Positions 10,856 through 19,733 of a DNA stretch of 64,000 nt are shown piece after piece. The position numbers and the translations under genes are program-made. Within the stretch, counting starts at the first letter, position 1. The number at the start of each line of letters is the position of its first letter. The notes under the pieces are model-generated. The model had not been told where the DNA came from. It saw only the letters and a list, made by a program, of their open reading frames with translations, and did no database searches. Source of the stretch: Polyangiaceae bacterium (GTDB taxonomy: Bacteria > Myxococcota_A > Polyangia > Polyangiales > Polyangiaceae); NCBI GenBank assembly GCA_044222475.1, contig JBGANF010000033.1, positions 1 through 64,000 of the forward strand, read 5' to 3'.

Positions 10856-13800
10856 TTCGGGGAGACGGTGCTGGGACGGTCCATCAAGACCGCGAGCTCT
10901 TCCGGGACGAGGCCATACGCCTCGGCCGCTGCGAGGAAGCCGGCGTTCGAGGGGAGCTGCATCAAGAAGTCGCGCGAGTACGGCGTGCCGGCGAGGCCTT
11001 TGACGCGGAGGACGAGGCGAGGCACTCCACGTCGGATCGCGGAGCGCGCCTCTTCGAGATCGCCGGCGTCGACGCATGCGTCGTGCAATGCAAGGAATAC
11101 CGGGGCTTCGTTGAGGAGGCTCGGCGAGCCGCCGTCGAGGAGCGAAGCCGCTTCCCGCGCGATCTCGAGCGCCTTCTCGCGGTGGCCGCAGCGACGCTCC
11201 GCTTCGGCGAGGAGGCCCATCGCCACCGGGACGACGTCGAGCATCTTCGTGGTGCGGTATCCCTGAGCGGCGATCCGCAGGAGCGTCTGAGCGGCGGCGG
11301 AGCACTTGCCGTCGTCGCTGCGCAGGAGCTCCATCCCTCGATAGAAGAGCACTCCGAGGGTGGCGCGGTCTTGCGGGACCCAGCTGCCGGTCGCGGCGGC
11401 GTCGGCGAGGGCGCGTGGCTCGGCGAGGATCGGCTCGAGGATCGGATCGCCACCGAACGTCGCCGCCCAACACAGGAGGTTCATCTGGCCGTGGCGCACC
11501 GTACCTGGCGAGCCGATCGCTTGAGCGAGGACGATCCCGCTCTCGATCGCGAGGCGCGCTTCGGCGCGCGCGCCCACCGTGGTGAGCGCGAAGCCGACGT
11601 TGATCGTCAGCATGGCCTCACGCGTCTTCAGGCCCGCGTTGCTCGCGGCCCGCGCCGCCGAGCGTCGCGCCTCCAGCGCGGCGCCGACGTCGCCGCGGGC
11701 TTGTCGAACGACGGCGAGCGTTTGCCATGCGTCGACCTCGGCGCCGGCGATTCCGTGCTTCTGCGCGAGCGAGAGGAGCTCTTCGGCCGTCTCGGCGGCG
11801 GCGTCGAGCTCGCCGGCGAACGCCCGACGGCTGGCGAGCGCCGCCGCGCACCGCGCTTCTTCGTCGACGAGGTTGGCGTTCTTCGCCGCGATCCGCACCT
11901 GATCGAGACGAGCGCTCGTTTCGTCGCTGCCGCCGCACGCGTCTTCGTAACGGACGCGCGCACCGCGCGCGCGGACGTCGCTCGCGTCGTCGAAGACGGC
12001 GTCTTCCATCGCGCGAACCGCGGTGTCGCGCTCGCCCGCTCTCGCGTCCTGACGGTTCCATGCCTCGTCGAGGATCTGGGCGCGCGCGAACTGAGTCGGC
12101 TTGTCCTCGGCGAACGCGAGCGATTTCTCGGCCATCGCCACGGCGTCGGCGAGCGCGTTCGCCGCGAGCGCGCGTCGGGCGGCCTTCTCGAGGTGGTTCG
12201 CCGCTTCGGTCCACGACTGGCCGAGCTCGAGGTGGCGGGCGACGGTGGCGTCGTCCTCGCCCATCTTCGCGAGCCAAGCGCCCGCGGCAGCGTGCAGCTC
12301 CCGCAAGCTCTCCTCACCGAGCCCGGCGTACGCCACCTCGCGCATCAGCGCATGCTTGAACGCCCACTCTCGCGTCCCACGGAAGCGGGACGACGCTTGC
12401 TCGACGACGATCTCGGAGGACGCCAGCGTGCGGAGCACGTCGAGCGCCTTCGGTACGCGAAGCGCCTCGAGCCCCGCGTCCCACCCGACCTGACCGAAGA
12501 CGGCGAGCCGCGACGCGGCCTCGCGTGCGCCGTCGTCGAGCGCGTCCAGTTGAACCTGCATGGCCGCTTCGATCGTCGGTGCCTGGACCGAGTCGCGACC
12601 CTGCGCGGCGAGGCGCGCGAGCTCCTCGGCGAACAGCGGCGATCCACCGGCCTGCGCGGCGATGCTCTCCGCGACTTGGTCACCGGTGCCACCACCGAGA
12701 CGCTCGCCGAGGATCGCGCGGGCGATGGATCGCACCGCTCGGCGAGCGAGCGGGCGCAGATCGATCCGCACGTGATCGCGGCCGGCGAAGCGCGGCCCCT
12801 CGTCGCGCCAAAGCGAAGGCCGAGTCGTGAGGAGCATCCACATCGGGCAGCCAGCCGCGCGTCCGAGCGCGTGGTCGAGCCAGGCGAGGCTGTCCGAGTC
12901 GGCCCACTGGGCGTCCTCGACCGCGATGACGATCGGCGAACGATTGGCCATCGCCAGCAGGAGCGTCGTCATCGCGAGCCAGATCGCGTCGCGCGCAGCG
13001 CGGGCGTCGGCGAGCTCCGGGAGTGGCTCGTTCGCCATCAAGCGCGCGAGAGGCTCGGCCTGATCGGGGCCGAGCGTCACGTCGAGGAGCCGAGTCAGTG
13101 CGTCCGTCGCGGCGCGCGCATCCTCGATCGTCGCACCCTTGGGAACGCCGGCCATCTGGCGAGCGAGATCGGAGAGAACGCCGAGCGGCAAGCTCTTGGC
13201 GAAGGTCTCGCAGCGGACGAGGAGAACGCGCGCGCCCGACGAGTGCGAGGAGATCCTCTGGATGCCCTCACGGCGGAGTCGCGTCTTGCCGATGCCGGGT
13301 GCGCCAGTGATCGTCACCAGGACGGGGTTTCGGTCCTCGAGGGCACGCTCGAACGTGGAGACGATCTGCGCGAGCTCGGCTTCGCGACCGACGAACGGAG
13401 CGCCTCCGACGCCGTCCTTGCGCTGAGCATGGGTCGACGAGACGACGGCCGTTCCGTCGTCGCGCGCTTGGAGCTCGAAGCGACCGCGGGTCAGCTCCGA
13501 GGTGGTGATGTCGAGCAGCACCTGGCCTCGTTGACCGTCTCGCGCCAGAGCTGCGGCGCGGTCGACCACCTCGCCGATGGGGCGCGTGCGCTCGACGCGT
13601 GTTCGGCCCGTCGCGATCCCGACGGTCGCGTTCATCTTCGCGAGGCGGAGCGCGAGGTCGACCGCGCGTGGCGCTTCGTCGCCGAGCGCGCGCCGCACGC
13701 CGAGGTGCGCGACGATGGCGTCGCCGCCGAGCTCGGTCGCCTCGGCGCCTCGGGCGCGCAGGTGAGCGATGAGCCTCTGCCGCGGGGGACCCTTCGGGAC

Positions 13801-14793
13801 GTGCGTTGCGAGGATCGTGGTCACGAGCCGCGTCCCGCCGCTCGAAGCGGTCGGTGCGCCGCTCGACGACGGTCCCGAGACGAGGCTCACCGGCGGCGCA
13901 TCGGTATCGCGGCCGACGCGCAGCTCGCGGATCCCGTCGCTCGCGCGGGCCAAGACCTCTCGTGCGATCTCGCGCAGGCGGTCGGCCACGGGCCCGGCCG
14001 ACGCGGGGCGATCCTCGGGGGCGGTCGCGAGGAGCTCGGCCATGAGCGCGTCGAGCGACTCGGGGACCGTCGGGAGTACGTCGGACAGCCGCGGCGGCGG
14101 CGTCGTCACGAGGCGCGCGAGGATCGCGATCGGCGTCGGGCCGACGTGCGGCGGGCGCCCGGTGACCATCTCGAAGAGGGTCGCGCCGAGGGCGTACAGA
14201 TCGGCTCGTGCGTCGACGCCTTCGTCACCGCGCGCTTGCTCCGGTGCCATGTACGCCGGGGTTCCGATGATCGCACCCGTGCGCGTGAGCTTGGCGTCCT
14301 CGGCGGCGGCGACGCCGAAGTCGACGAGCTTTGCGACGACCAGTCCGTCTTCGCTCGACAGGAGGATCACGTTCGAGGGCTTCACGTCGCGGTGGATGAT
14401 CCCCGCGGCGTGCGCGGCAGCGAGCGCCTCTGCGACTTGGGCCGCGATCTCGAGGCTCGTCGCCAAGGGGATCGGACCTCGCCGCTGCCGTTGCGCGATG
14501 TCTTCGCCTTCGAGCCACTCCATCGCCACGTACGGCGCGCCGTCGTCGAGCTGACCGAACGCGACGAGCTGCACGATCCCGGGGTGGCGCAGCCCTGCGA
14601 GCACTCGTCCTTCGCGCTTGAAGCGAGCTTCTTCGCCCGCGTCGACACCGGAGATCGCGATCACCTTCAGCGCGACGTTCTGGCCGGTGACCTCGTCCGA
14701 GGCCTTGTAGACGATCCCGACGCCACCGCGCCCGACCTCGCGCTCGATGTGGAAGCGCCCGCCGACGAAATCTTTGGTGGCCGCGGCGGTCAC
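10852..14793 (-). CDS. Multidomain Ser/Thr kinase - degenerate class III cyclase-like domain - AAA/NTPase - TPR-like protein
   Basis: GRGGVGIVY, VALK, HRDVKPSN, DFG, GTPAYMAPE; GGDAIVAHLG..VGIATG..GEVVDRAA..GQVLLD; FVGRE, GAPGIGKT, EDAQWAD, GGSPLFAEE, FKHALMREVAY. Confidence 0.9.
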   Translation of the reverse strand: MTAAATKDFVGGRFHIEREVGRGGVGIVYKASDEVTGQNVALKVIAISGVDAGEEARFKREGRVLAGLRHPGIVQLVAFGQLDDGAPYVAMEWLEGEDIAQRQRRGPIPLATSLEIAAQVAEALAAAHAAGIIHRDVKPSNVILLSSEDGLVVAKLVDFGVAAAEDAKLTRTGAIIGTPAYMAPEQARGDEGVDARADLYALGATLFEMVTGRPPHVGPTPIAILARLVTTPPPRLSDVLPTVPESLDALMAELLATAPEDRPASAGPVADRLREIAREVLARASDGIRELRVGRDTDAPPVSLVSGPSSSGAPTASSGGTRLVTTILATHVPKGPPRQRLIAHLRARGAEATELGGDAIVAHLGVRRALGDEAPRAVDLALRLAKMNATVGIATGRTRVERTRPIGEVVDRAAALARDGQRGQVLLDITTSELTRGRFELQARDDGTAVVSSTHAQRKDGVGGAPFVGREAELAQIVSTFERALEDRNPVLVTITGAPGIGKTRLRREGIQRISSHSSGARVLLVRCETFAKSLPLGVLSDLARQMAGVPKGATIEDARAATDALTRLLDVTLGPDQAEPLARLMANEPLPELADARAARDAIWLAMTTLLLAMANRSPIVIAVEDAQWADSDSLAWLDHALGRAAGCPMWMLLTTRPSLWRDEGPRFAGRDHVRIDLRPLARRAVRSIARAILGERLGGGTGDQVAESIAAQAGGSPLFAEELARLAAQGRDSVQAPTIEAAMQVQLDALDDGAREAASRLAVFGQVGWDAGLEALRVPKALDVLRTLASSEIVVEQASSRFRGTREWAFKHALMREVAYAGLGEESLRELHAAAGAWLAKMGEDDATVARHLELGQSWTEAANHLEKAARRALAANALADAVAMAEKSLAFAEDKPTQFARAQILDEAWNRQDARAGERDTAVRAMEDAVFDDASDVRARGARVRYEDACGGSDETSARLDQVRIAAKNANLVDEEARCAAALASRRAFAGELDAAAETAEELLSLAQKHGIAGAEVDAWQTLAVVRQARGDVGAALEARRSAARAASNAGLKTREAMLTINVGFALTTVGARAEARLAIESGIVLAQAIGSPGTVRHGQMNLLCWAATFGGDPILEPILAEPRALADAAATGSWVPQDRATLGVLFYRGMELLRSDDGKCSAAAQTLLRIAAQGYRTTKMLDVVPVAMGLLAEAERRCGHREKALEIAREAASLLDGGSPSLLNEAPVFLALHDACVDAGDLEEARSAIRRGVPRLVLRVKGLAGTPYSRDFLMQLPSNAGFLAAAEAYGLVPEELAVLMDRPSTVSPK

Positions 14794-15389
14794 TTCGTCT
14801 TCTTCCCTTCGCCAGCGAGGAAGATCTCGTAGCTCACGCTGCGCGACGACTCGGGTTTGAGGATGCGTTCCTTGGCGAAGTGCTTGCGCACCTCGGCGCG
14901 AGCGAGCGGGAGGTCCTCGCCCATGAAGATCTTGCCGACGAACGTGCCGCCCGGTTTGAGCAGCGCGACGGCGACCTCGAGCGCGCGCATGTAGAGCTCG
15001 AAGCTGCGCGTCTGATCGCCGAGGCGGTTGCCGGTCGTCTTGGGGGCCATGTCGCTCAGCACGAGATCGTACGGAGCGAACATCGCGAGATCGTCGTTCG
15101 ACAGCGTGAGTGCGTCGCCTTGGGTGAAGACGGCGGGGGCAGGGAGGCCGACCCCCAGCGGGTTCAGATCGATCGAGAGGAGCTTGCCCTTCGGCCCGAC
15201 GCGCTGCGCCACGTAGAGCGACCAGCTCCCCGGCGACGATCCGAGGTCGAGGACGTGCATCCCCGGTCGGAGGAGCTTCATCCGCCGATCGATCTCCTCG
15301 AGCTTGAACACGCTGCGCGCGGGAAACCCTGCTTTCTTCGCCTCGACCGTGAATCGATCGGGCTTTTTATAGGGGTTCGCGCGGGCCAT
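14790..15389 (-). CDS. rlmE: 23S rRNA Um2552 2'-O-methyltransferase RlmE/FtsJ family
   Basis: ARSVFKLEEID, VLDLGSSPGSW, VLSDMAP, FVGKIF, KPESSR..SYEIF (K-D-K-E tetrad). Confidence 0.92.
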   Translation of the reverse strand: MARANPYKKPDRFTVEAKKAGFPARSVFKLEEIDRRMKLLRPGMHVLDLGSSPGSWSLYVAQRVGPKGKLLSIDLNPLGVGLPAPAVFTQGDALTLSNDDLAMFAPYDLVLSDMAPKTTGNRLGDQTRSFELYMRALEVAVALLKPGGTFVGKIFMGEDLPLARAEVRKHFAKERILKPESSRSVSYEIFLAGEGKKTK

Positions 15390-15506
15390 CGTGGGGGCTT
15401 ACGGTACCATGGCTCGCCGACGGACCGGTCCGGAACCGTGGTTCACAGCCGATCCATCGCGGCCCGAATGTGCCGAGAATTCAGGGCAAAATCCGGCGGG
15501 GGAACC

Positions 15507-15522
15507 TGGCAAGGGATTTGCT
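15507..15522 (+). promoter_or_regulatory. Sigma-54 (-24/-12) promoter
   Basis: TGGCAAGGGATTTGCT: GG-N10-GC matching TGGCAC-N5-TTGC, just upstream of an AAGGAG RBS and ATG 15538. Confidence 0.7.
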
Positions 15523-15537
15523 CTGAAGGAGTGCACC

Positions 15538-15705
15538 ATGCGCACTCTCCTCGACACCTTCGAAGTCCGTTCCCCGAACGAAGTCGAGACGCCGCCCGCT
15601 CCCCGCGCTCGCTTCGCCAGCATCGCCATCGACATCGAGTGGGACGAGCCCCCGCCCAGCTCTTGGAACCGCGCCGGTCAGCGCATCTGGACGAGCGAAG
15701 ACTAA
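15538..15705 (+). CDS. Small hypothetical protein (55 aa)
   Basis: AAGGAG RBS and a sigma-54 promoter directly upstream; MRTLLDTFEV...IDIEWDEPPPSSW. Confidence 0.6.
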   Translation: MRTLLDTFEVRSPNEVETPPAPRARFASIAIDIEWDEPPPSSWNRAGQRIWTSED

Positions 15706-16040
15706 GGCTTCGGCGACCCGCCGTAGAGCGGACAGCACATCCCGTCGTCGCCGATGAACGCGTCCTTGATCGTGATGGCGTCCTTGCCGGCGTCGAACAC
15801 GACCGGACCGTCGGCGGTCGCGTCGTCGTCCCCGGCGTCCGGAGTGGATGCGTCCGGCGCCGGCGTGATCGTCCCGCCGCACGCGACCGCGGTCGACGCC
15901 ACTGCAGCCAGCAGCGCCGTGCGCGATCGGCGCTGACGCTCCGAGGCCGGTGAGGGGGAACGGCCGATCGCGGCGCGACAAAACGGGCATCCGATCTCGG
16001 TCGGGCGGACGAGTCTGCGGCAGGCGGAGCAGGCAATCAT
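15702..16040 (-). CDS. Small zinc-ribbon / lipobox / YG-motif protein (paralog A)
   Basis: CSACRRLVR..CPFC, R-rich plus hydrophobic AVAC-GGT, DASTPDA, C-terminal PLYGGSP; paralog at 40935-41258. Confidence 0.75.
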   Translation of the reverse strand: MIACSACRRLVRPTEIGCPFCRAAIGRSPSPASERQRRSRTALLAAVASTAVACGGTITPAPDASTPDAGDDDATADGPVVFDAGKDAITIKDAFIGDDGMCCPLYGGSPKP

Positions 16041-16074
16041 GACGACGGAGTATGGAAGCCGCGGACGGTTTCCG

Positions 16075-16728
16075 TCAGCCTTTCTTCACTGGAGGCAGGT
16101 CGTCGGCTCCGGCCGGTTTCCTCTTCGCCTCCCAGTCGCGGAGGAACTCGGTCTCGTCCGGGGTCGGCGTGCGGCCGAGGATCTCGTTGCGGTGCGGGAA
16201 GCGCCCGAACCGCGCGATGACGTCACGGTATTTCGCAGTCTGCTCGATGCCCATGCCGAGGATTCCGCGTAGCGCCTCCGGCGCGTCCGCGACGAGGAGC
16301 TTCATCTCGGCGACGCCGCGCTCCTGGAGCGCGAGGTTCTCCGCGTGGACGAGCGGCATCAACGCGAAGTTCCGTTCTTCGACGTTCAGCGTGTACGCCT
16401 TCTTCGAGTCGAACGCTTCCACGGCGATCGCTTGGGCGCGCTCGTCGCCGAGGTACATCCGCGGACTGTTGCGGAGCACGTTGCGGGTGAATTGATCGAG
16501 CACGAGGAGCTCGGCAAGCCAGCCTTTCGGGTGATCACTCCACGAGCCGAGCTTGCCGTCGAGCGCGTCTTCGACCGTCGCCGAGAAGCGTTGGATGATC
16601 TCGGCGTCCACCTCTGGACCACCTTGGTACCAGCGTCGCATCTTCGGACCGAACTCCGCTGCCGTCGCCGACACGGTGTCCCCGAACCAATACGAAAGTA
16701 CGTCCCCCGGAGTGACCCCTGCGCTCAT
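16075..16728 (-). CDS. DUF924 family protein
   Basis: VLSYWFG, LVLDQFTRN, FALMPLVHAENL, RFGRFPHRNEILGRTPT. Confidence 0.9.
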   Translation of the reverse strand: MSAGVTPGDVLSYWFGDTVSATAAEFGPKMRRWYQGGPEVDAEIIQRFSATVEDALDGKLGSWSDHPKGWLAELLVLDQFTRNVLRNSPRMYLGDERAQAIAVEAFDSKKAYTLNVEERNFALMPLVHAENLALQERGVAEMKLLVADAPEALRGILGMGIEQTAKYRDVIARFGRFPHRNEILGRTPTPDETEFLRDWEAKRKPAGADDLPPVKKG

Positions 16729-16750
16729 GGGCCCAGGTTATACTTTTCCC

Positions 16751-18622
16751 ATGTCGAAGCGAGCCCGTCGTCCGATCGCGTCGCTCGCCGCTCTCGCCAT
16801 GCTCGCGTGCGCCTGCTCGGACGAGAGCAGCGCTCCGGTGGACGCGAGCGTCGCCGTGGACGGTTCGAAGACCGTCGGCTGTCCGAGCTGCATCGTGTTC
16901 ACCGGCGGCAACGTCTTCGATGGCGAAGTGCGACTGGGAGTGCGCACGGTCGTGGTCGAGGGTGCGACCATCACCGACGTCGTCGAGGGACCCGTGACGG
17001 TGAGCGCGGGCAAGGTCGTCGACCTCACCGGAAAGACTCTCCTCCCGGGGATGATCGATCTCCACACGCACCTCGCGGGCTCCGGGGCATCCAAAGGCTT
17101 TCTCCCGACGAAGCCGGTCCAGGGCACGAACCTCAAGCAACTCTTCCGCGCCGGAGTGACGAGCTTCCTCGACCTCGGCGGGAACGTCCACGTCGGGTTC
17201 GCGTGGCGCGATCGCCTTCGCAATCAGAACTTCTTCGGTCCGCGCATGTTCGCCGCGGGCGCCTACCTGGAGCCGAGCTTCGGCGGTCACTGTCGCGCTG
17301 GATTGGTGGCGCTCGACCGCTGCATCCTCCTCGACGACCCGAACGACGTGAAGCCGCGGATCGATGCGCTCGTGCAGCTCGGCCCACCCGACGTCCTCAA
17401 GATGACGATCGAGAGCGGCTTCAGCGGTGAGCCGTTCGTTCCGATGAAGCCGGCGGTCGCCAGCGCAATCGCCGCGTACGCGAGCGGCGCCGGGTTGCCT
17501 CTGATCGCGCACCTCGGACCGCCGACGGATTTCCAAGCCGCGCTCACCGCGAAGGTTCCGACGTTCACGCACATGCCGATCCACGAAGTGTTCCCCCCGG
17601 CGCTCGTGAACGACATCGTGGCGTCGAAGGTGCCGATCGTTCCCACCCTCGCGCCGCTGGATTCCCTCTCTCGCTTCGCGGAAGGGACGATGACGGAGCT
17701 CGTCGCCCCCGACGCCGCGAAGAACCTCAGCGGCGATCTCCTCGCGGCGCTCAACGATCCGAAGGCGCGCGTGCCCTACTCCGATCCGACGACGAAGGCG
17801 AACCTCGCCGCCGACCGCGCGCGCTACCTCGGAAACTTCAAGACCCTCGTCGCCGCTGGGGCGACGTTCATGCTCGGGAGCGACTCCGGCTTCGAGCTCA
17901 CGCCGTTCGGTCTCGCGACGCAGCGTGAGCTCGCGCTCATGGTCGAGCTCGGGATGACGCCGACCGCGGCGCTGCGCGCCGCGACCTCGGCGCCGGCCGC
18001 GTGGCTTCGTCACCCCGAGCTCGGGCGCATCGCGAAGGGCGCAACCGCCGACATCCTCATCGTGCGCGGCGACCCCACGGCAGCGATCGCGGCGATCCGC
18101 GACGTCGACGCGGTCTACCTCGGCGGCCAAGACGTCGACGTCGCGTCGATGGCGCTCGACCTCACGACCTCGCTCCTGCGAAAGCCGGTGACCGGGCTTG
18201 CCGAAGGCAAAGCCTGTCTCGGCGCTTCGGAGTGCGCCGCCGGCCTGACGTGCAACGCGCGGCAGTTCTGCGCGAAGACGTGTACGGCCTCGACCGATTG
18301 CGCCAAGGGGGCGTCGTGCCAACCCGTCGGGTCGCTGAAGGCGTGCATCACCGGCGACGGTTGCTCGGCGCTCACCCAGAGCTGCGGCAACGGTGCGAGC
18401 TGCGTGCCCGCGGGCAACGGCTCCACCGAGTGCGTCGATGCAGGCCCGGGAGGTGACGGCGCCTCGTGCACCGCGCACACCGACTGCAAGCAGGGGTTCG
18501 CGTGCGCGGTCGGAGGAGTGTGTCGGAAGCTCTGCGATCCGGCGGCTCCGGTTTGTCCGGGAAGTCAGACCTGCATCGACGTCACGAGCCTCGTCGGAGT
18601 TCCGCTCGGTCGCTGCCAGTGA
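16751..18622 (+). CDS. Amidohydrolase-family lipoprotein with C-terminal Cys-rich repeats
   Basis: LACAC lipobox; LLPGMIDLHTHL, GSDSG, ALRAATS, GRIAKGATADIL; many Cys in the last ~140 aa. Confidence 0.85.
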   Translation: MSKRARRPIASLAALAMLACACSDESSAPVDASVAVDGSKTVGCPSCIVFTGGNVFDGEVRLGVRTVVVEGATITDVVEGPVTVSAGKVVDLTGKTLLPGMIDLHTHLAGSGASKGFLPTKPVQGTNLKQLFRAGVTSFLDLGGNVHVGFAWRDRLRNQNFFGPRMFAAGAYLEPSFGGHCRAGLVALDRCILLDDPNDVKPRIDALVQLGPPDVLKMTIESGFSGEPFVPMKPAVASAIAAYASGAGLPLIAHLGPPTDFQAALTAKVPTFTHMPIHEVFPPALVNDIVASKVPIVPTLAPLDSLSRFAEGTMTELVAPDAAKNLSGDLLAALNDPKARVPYSDPTTKANLAADRARYLGNFKTLVAAGATFMLGSDSGFELTPFGLATQRELALMVELGMTPTAALRAATSAPAAWLRHPELGRIAKGATADILIVRGDPTAAIAAIRDVDAVYLGGQDVDVASMALDLTTSLLRKPVTGLAEGKACLGASECAAGLTCNARQFCAKTCTASTDCAKGASCQPVGSLKACITGDGCSALTQSCGNGASCVPAGNGSTECVDAGPGGDGASCTAHTDCKQGFACAVGGVCRKLCDPAAPVCPGSQTCIDVTSLVGVPLGRCQ

Positions 18623-18640
18623 TCGCGTAGCTCGGCGTCG

Positions 18641-19708
18641 TCAGGGTCGCAGGAGCGCGAGCGCGCGGAGGAAGTTCCCGCCCAGGATCTTCTGGATGGA
18701 CTCGGGCGAGAGCTTGGCCTGCAGGAGCAGCTCGACGATGCGCGGGAGCTCGAGGCAGGTCGGCATGTCCCTCGGTGGGACGATCATGCCGTCCCAGTCG
18801 CTCCCGAGCGAAGCGTGGTCGTCCCCGACGGTCTTCACGATGTGGACCAGGTGATCGGCGATCGCCCGCGCTCGCGCGTTCAGGAGAGGCTCTCCCAGGA
18901 AGCTCGATTGGTACATGACGCCGATCGTCCCGCCGGTGTCGGCGACGGCGCGGAGCTGCTCGTCGTCGAGGTTGCGCCAGTGCGGAGTGACCCCGGTGAC
19001 GCCGGTGTGCGTCACGATGAGCGGCAACGACCGGTCGTGCGCTTCGACCGCGTCGAAGAAGCCTTTGCGATCGATGTGCGCGAGGTCGACGAAGATGCGC
19101 TTCTGGTCGAGCGCTTGGACGTAGTCGCGGCCGGCCTTCGTCAGACCGCCGCCGCCGCGCTTCAGCGGCGAGCTCGTGACTCCGAGCGACGACGTCGAGA
19201 GATGGACCAACGTGACGCGCACGATCCGGTCGTCGAGCAGGTCGAGCGCCCCCGGAGCGTCGAGGGCGTTTCCGCCTTGGACCCCGAGGAACGCGGCGTG
19301 CTTCCCCGCGCTGACTGCGCGGCGGTACCCGCCGACGTCGCGCACCAGCGTGACGTCTTCGGGGACGCTCTCGAGGATCGACGTCAGTCGCGCCAGGTTG
19401 TTCGTGAACGCGCGCGCGCGGCCTTGGGCGCTGCGCAGCGGGTTCGTCGTGATCACCCAGATGCCTCCGGTGATCTTCGCCTCGCGGATTCGCGGGAGGT
19501 CCACTTGGCTGTAGAAGAGCCCGCCCAAGAGCCCTTTGCCGTGGCGCCGCGTGAGGTCGTAGCCGAAGATCCTCGTCCAGATGAACGTGTCGAGGTGGAG
19601 ATCGATCACGTCGCTCGCGAGATGGATCTCCACTGCTTCGCGCGAGATCCCGAGCATGCGCGCCCAGCTCGCGGGATCGGCCCGATGGTCGGTGAACGAC
19701 AGCCGCAT
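18641..19708 (-). CDS. Membrane dipeptidase (peptidase M19) family
   Basis: IDLHLD, VDLPRI, VDLAH, VTHTG, RNLDDEQL, LGSDWDG, ILGGNFLR. Confidence 0.9.
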   Translation of the reverse strand: MRLSFTDHRADPASWARMLGISREAVEIHLASDVIDLHLDTFIWTRIFGYDLTRRHGKGLLGGLFYSQVDLPRIREAKITGGIWVITTNPLRSAQGRARAFTNNLARLTSILESVPEDVTLVRDVGGYRRAVSAGKHAAFLGVQGGNALDAPGALDLLDDRIVRVTLVHLSTSSLGVTSSPLKRGGGGLTKAGRDYVQALDQKRIFVDLAHIDRKGFFDAVEAHDRSLPLIVTHTGVTGVTPHWRNLDDEQLRAVADTGGTIGVMYQSSFLGEPLLNARARAIADHLVHIVKTVGDDHASLGSDWDGMIVPPRDMPTCLELPRIVELLLQAKLSPESIQKILGGNFLRALALLRP

Positions 19709-19733
19709 CGCGCGAAGGTATCTCGGCGCGCGC

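Noticed and set aside
10804..14832. 1342-aa plus-strand ORF, and similar long ORFs such as 918-2894(-), 21999-24320(+), 37010-39844(-) and 58554-61217(+)
   Set aside because: Shadow ORFs antisense or out of frame to genes with clear motifs; stop codons are scarce at this GC content and these have no recognisable motifs.
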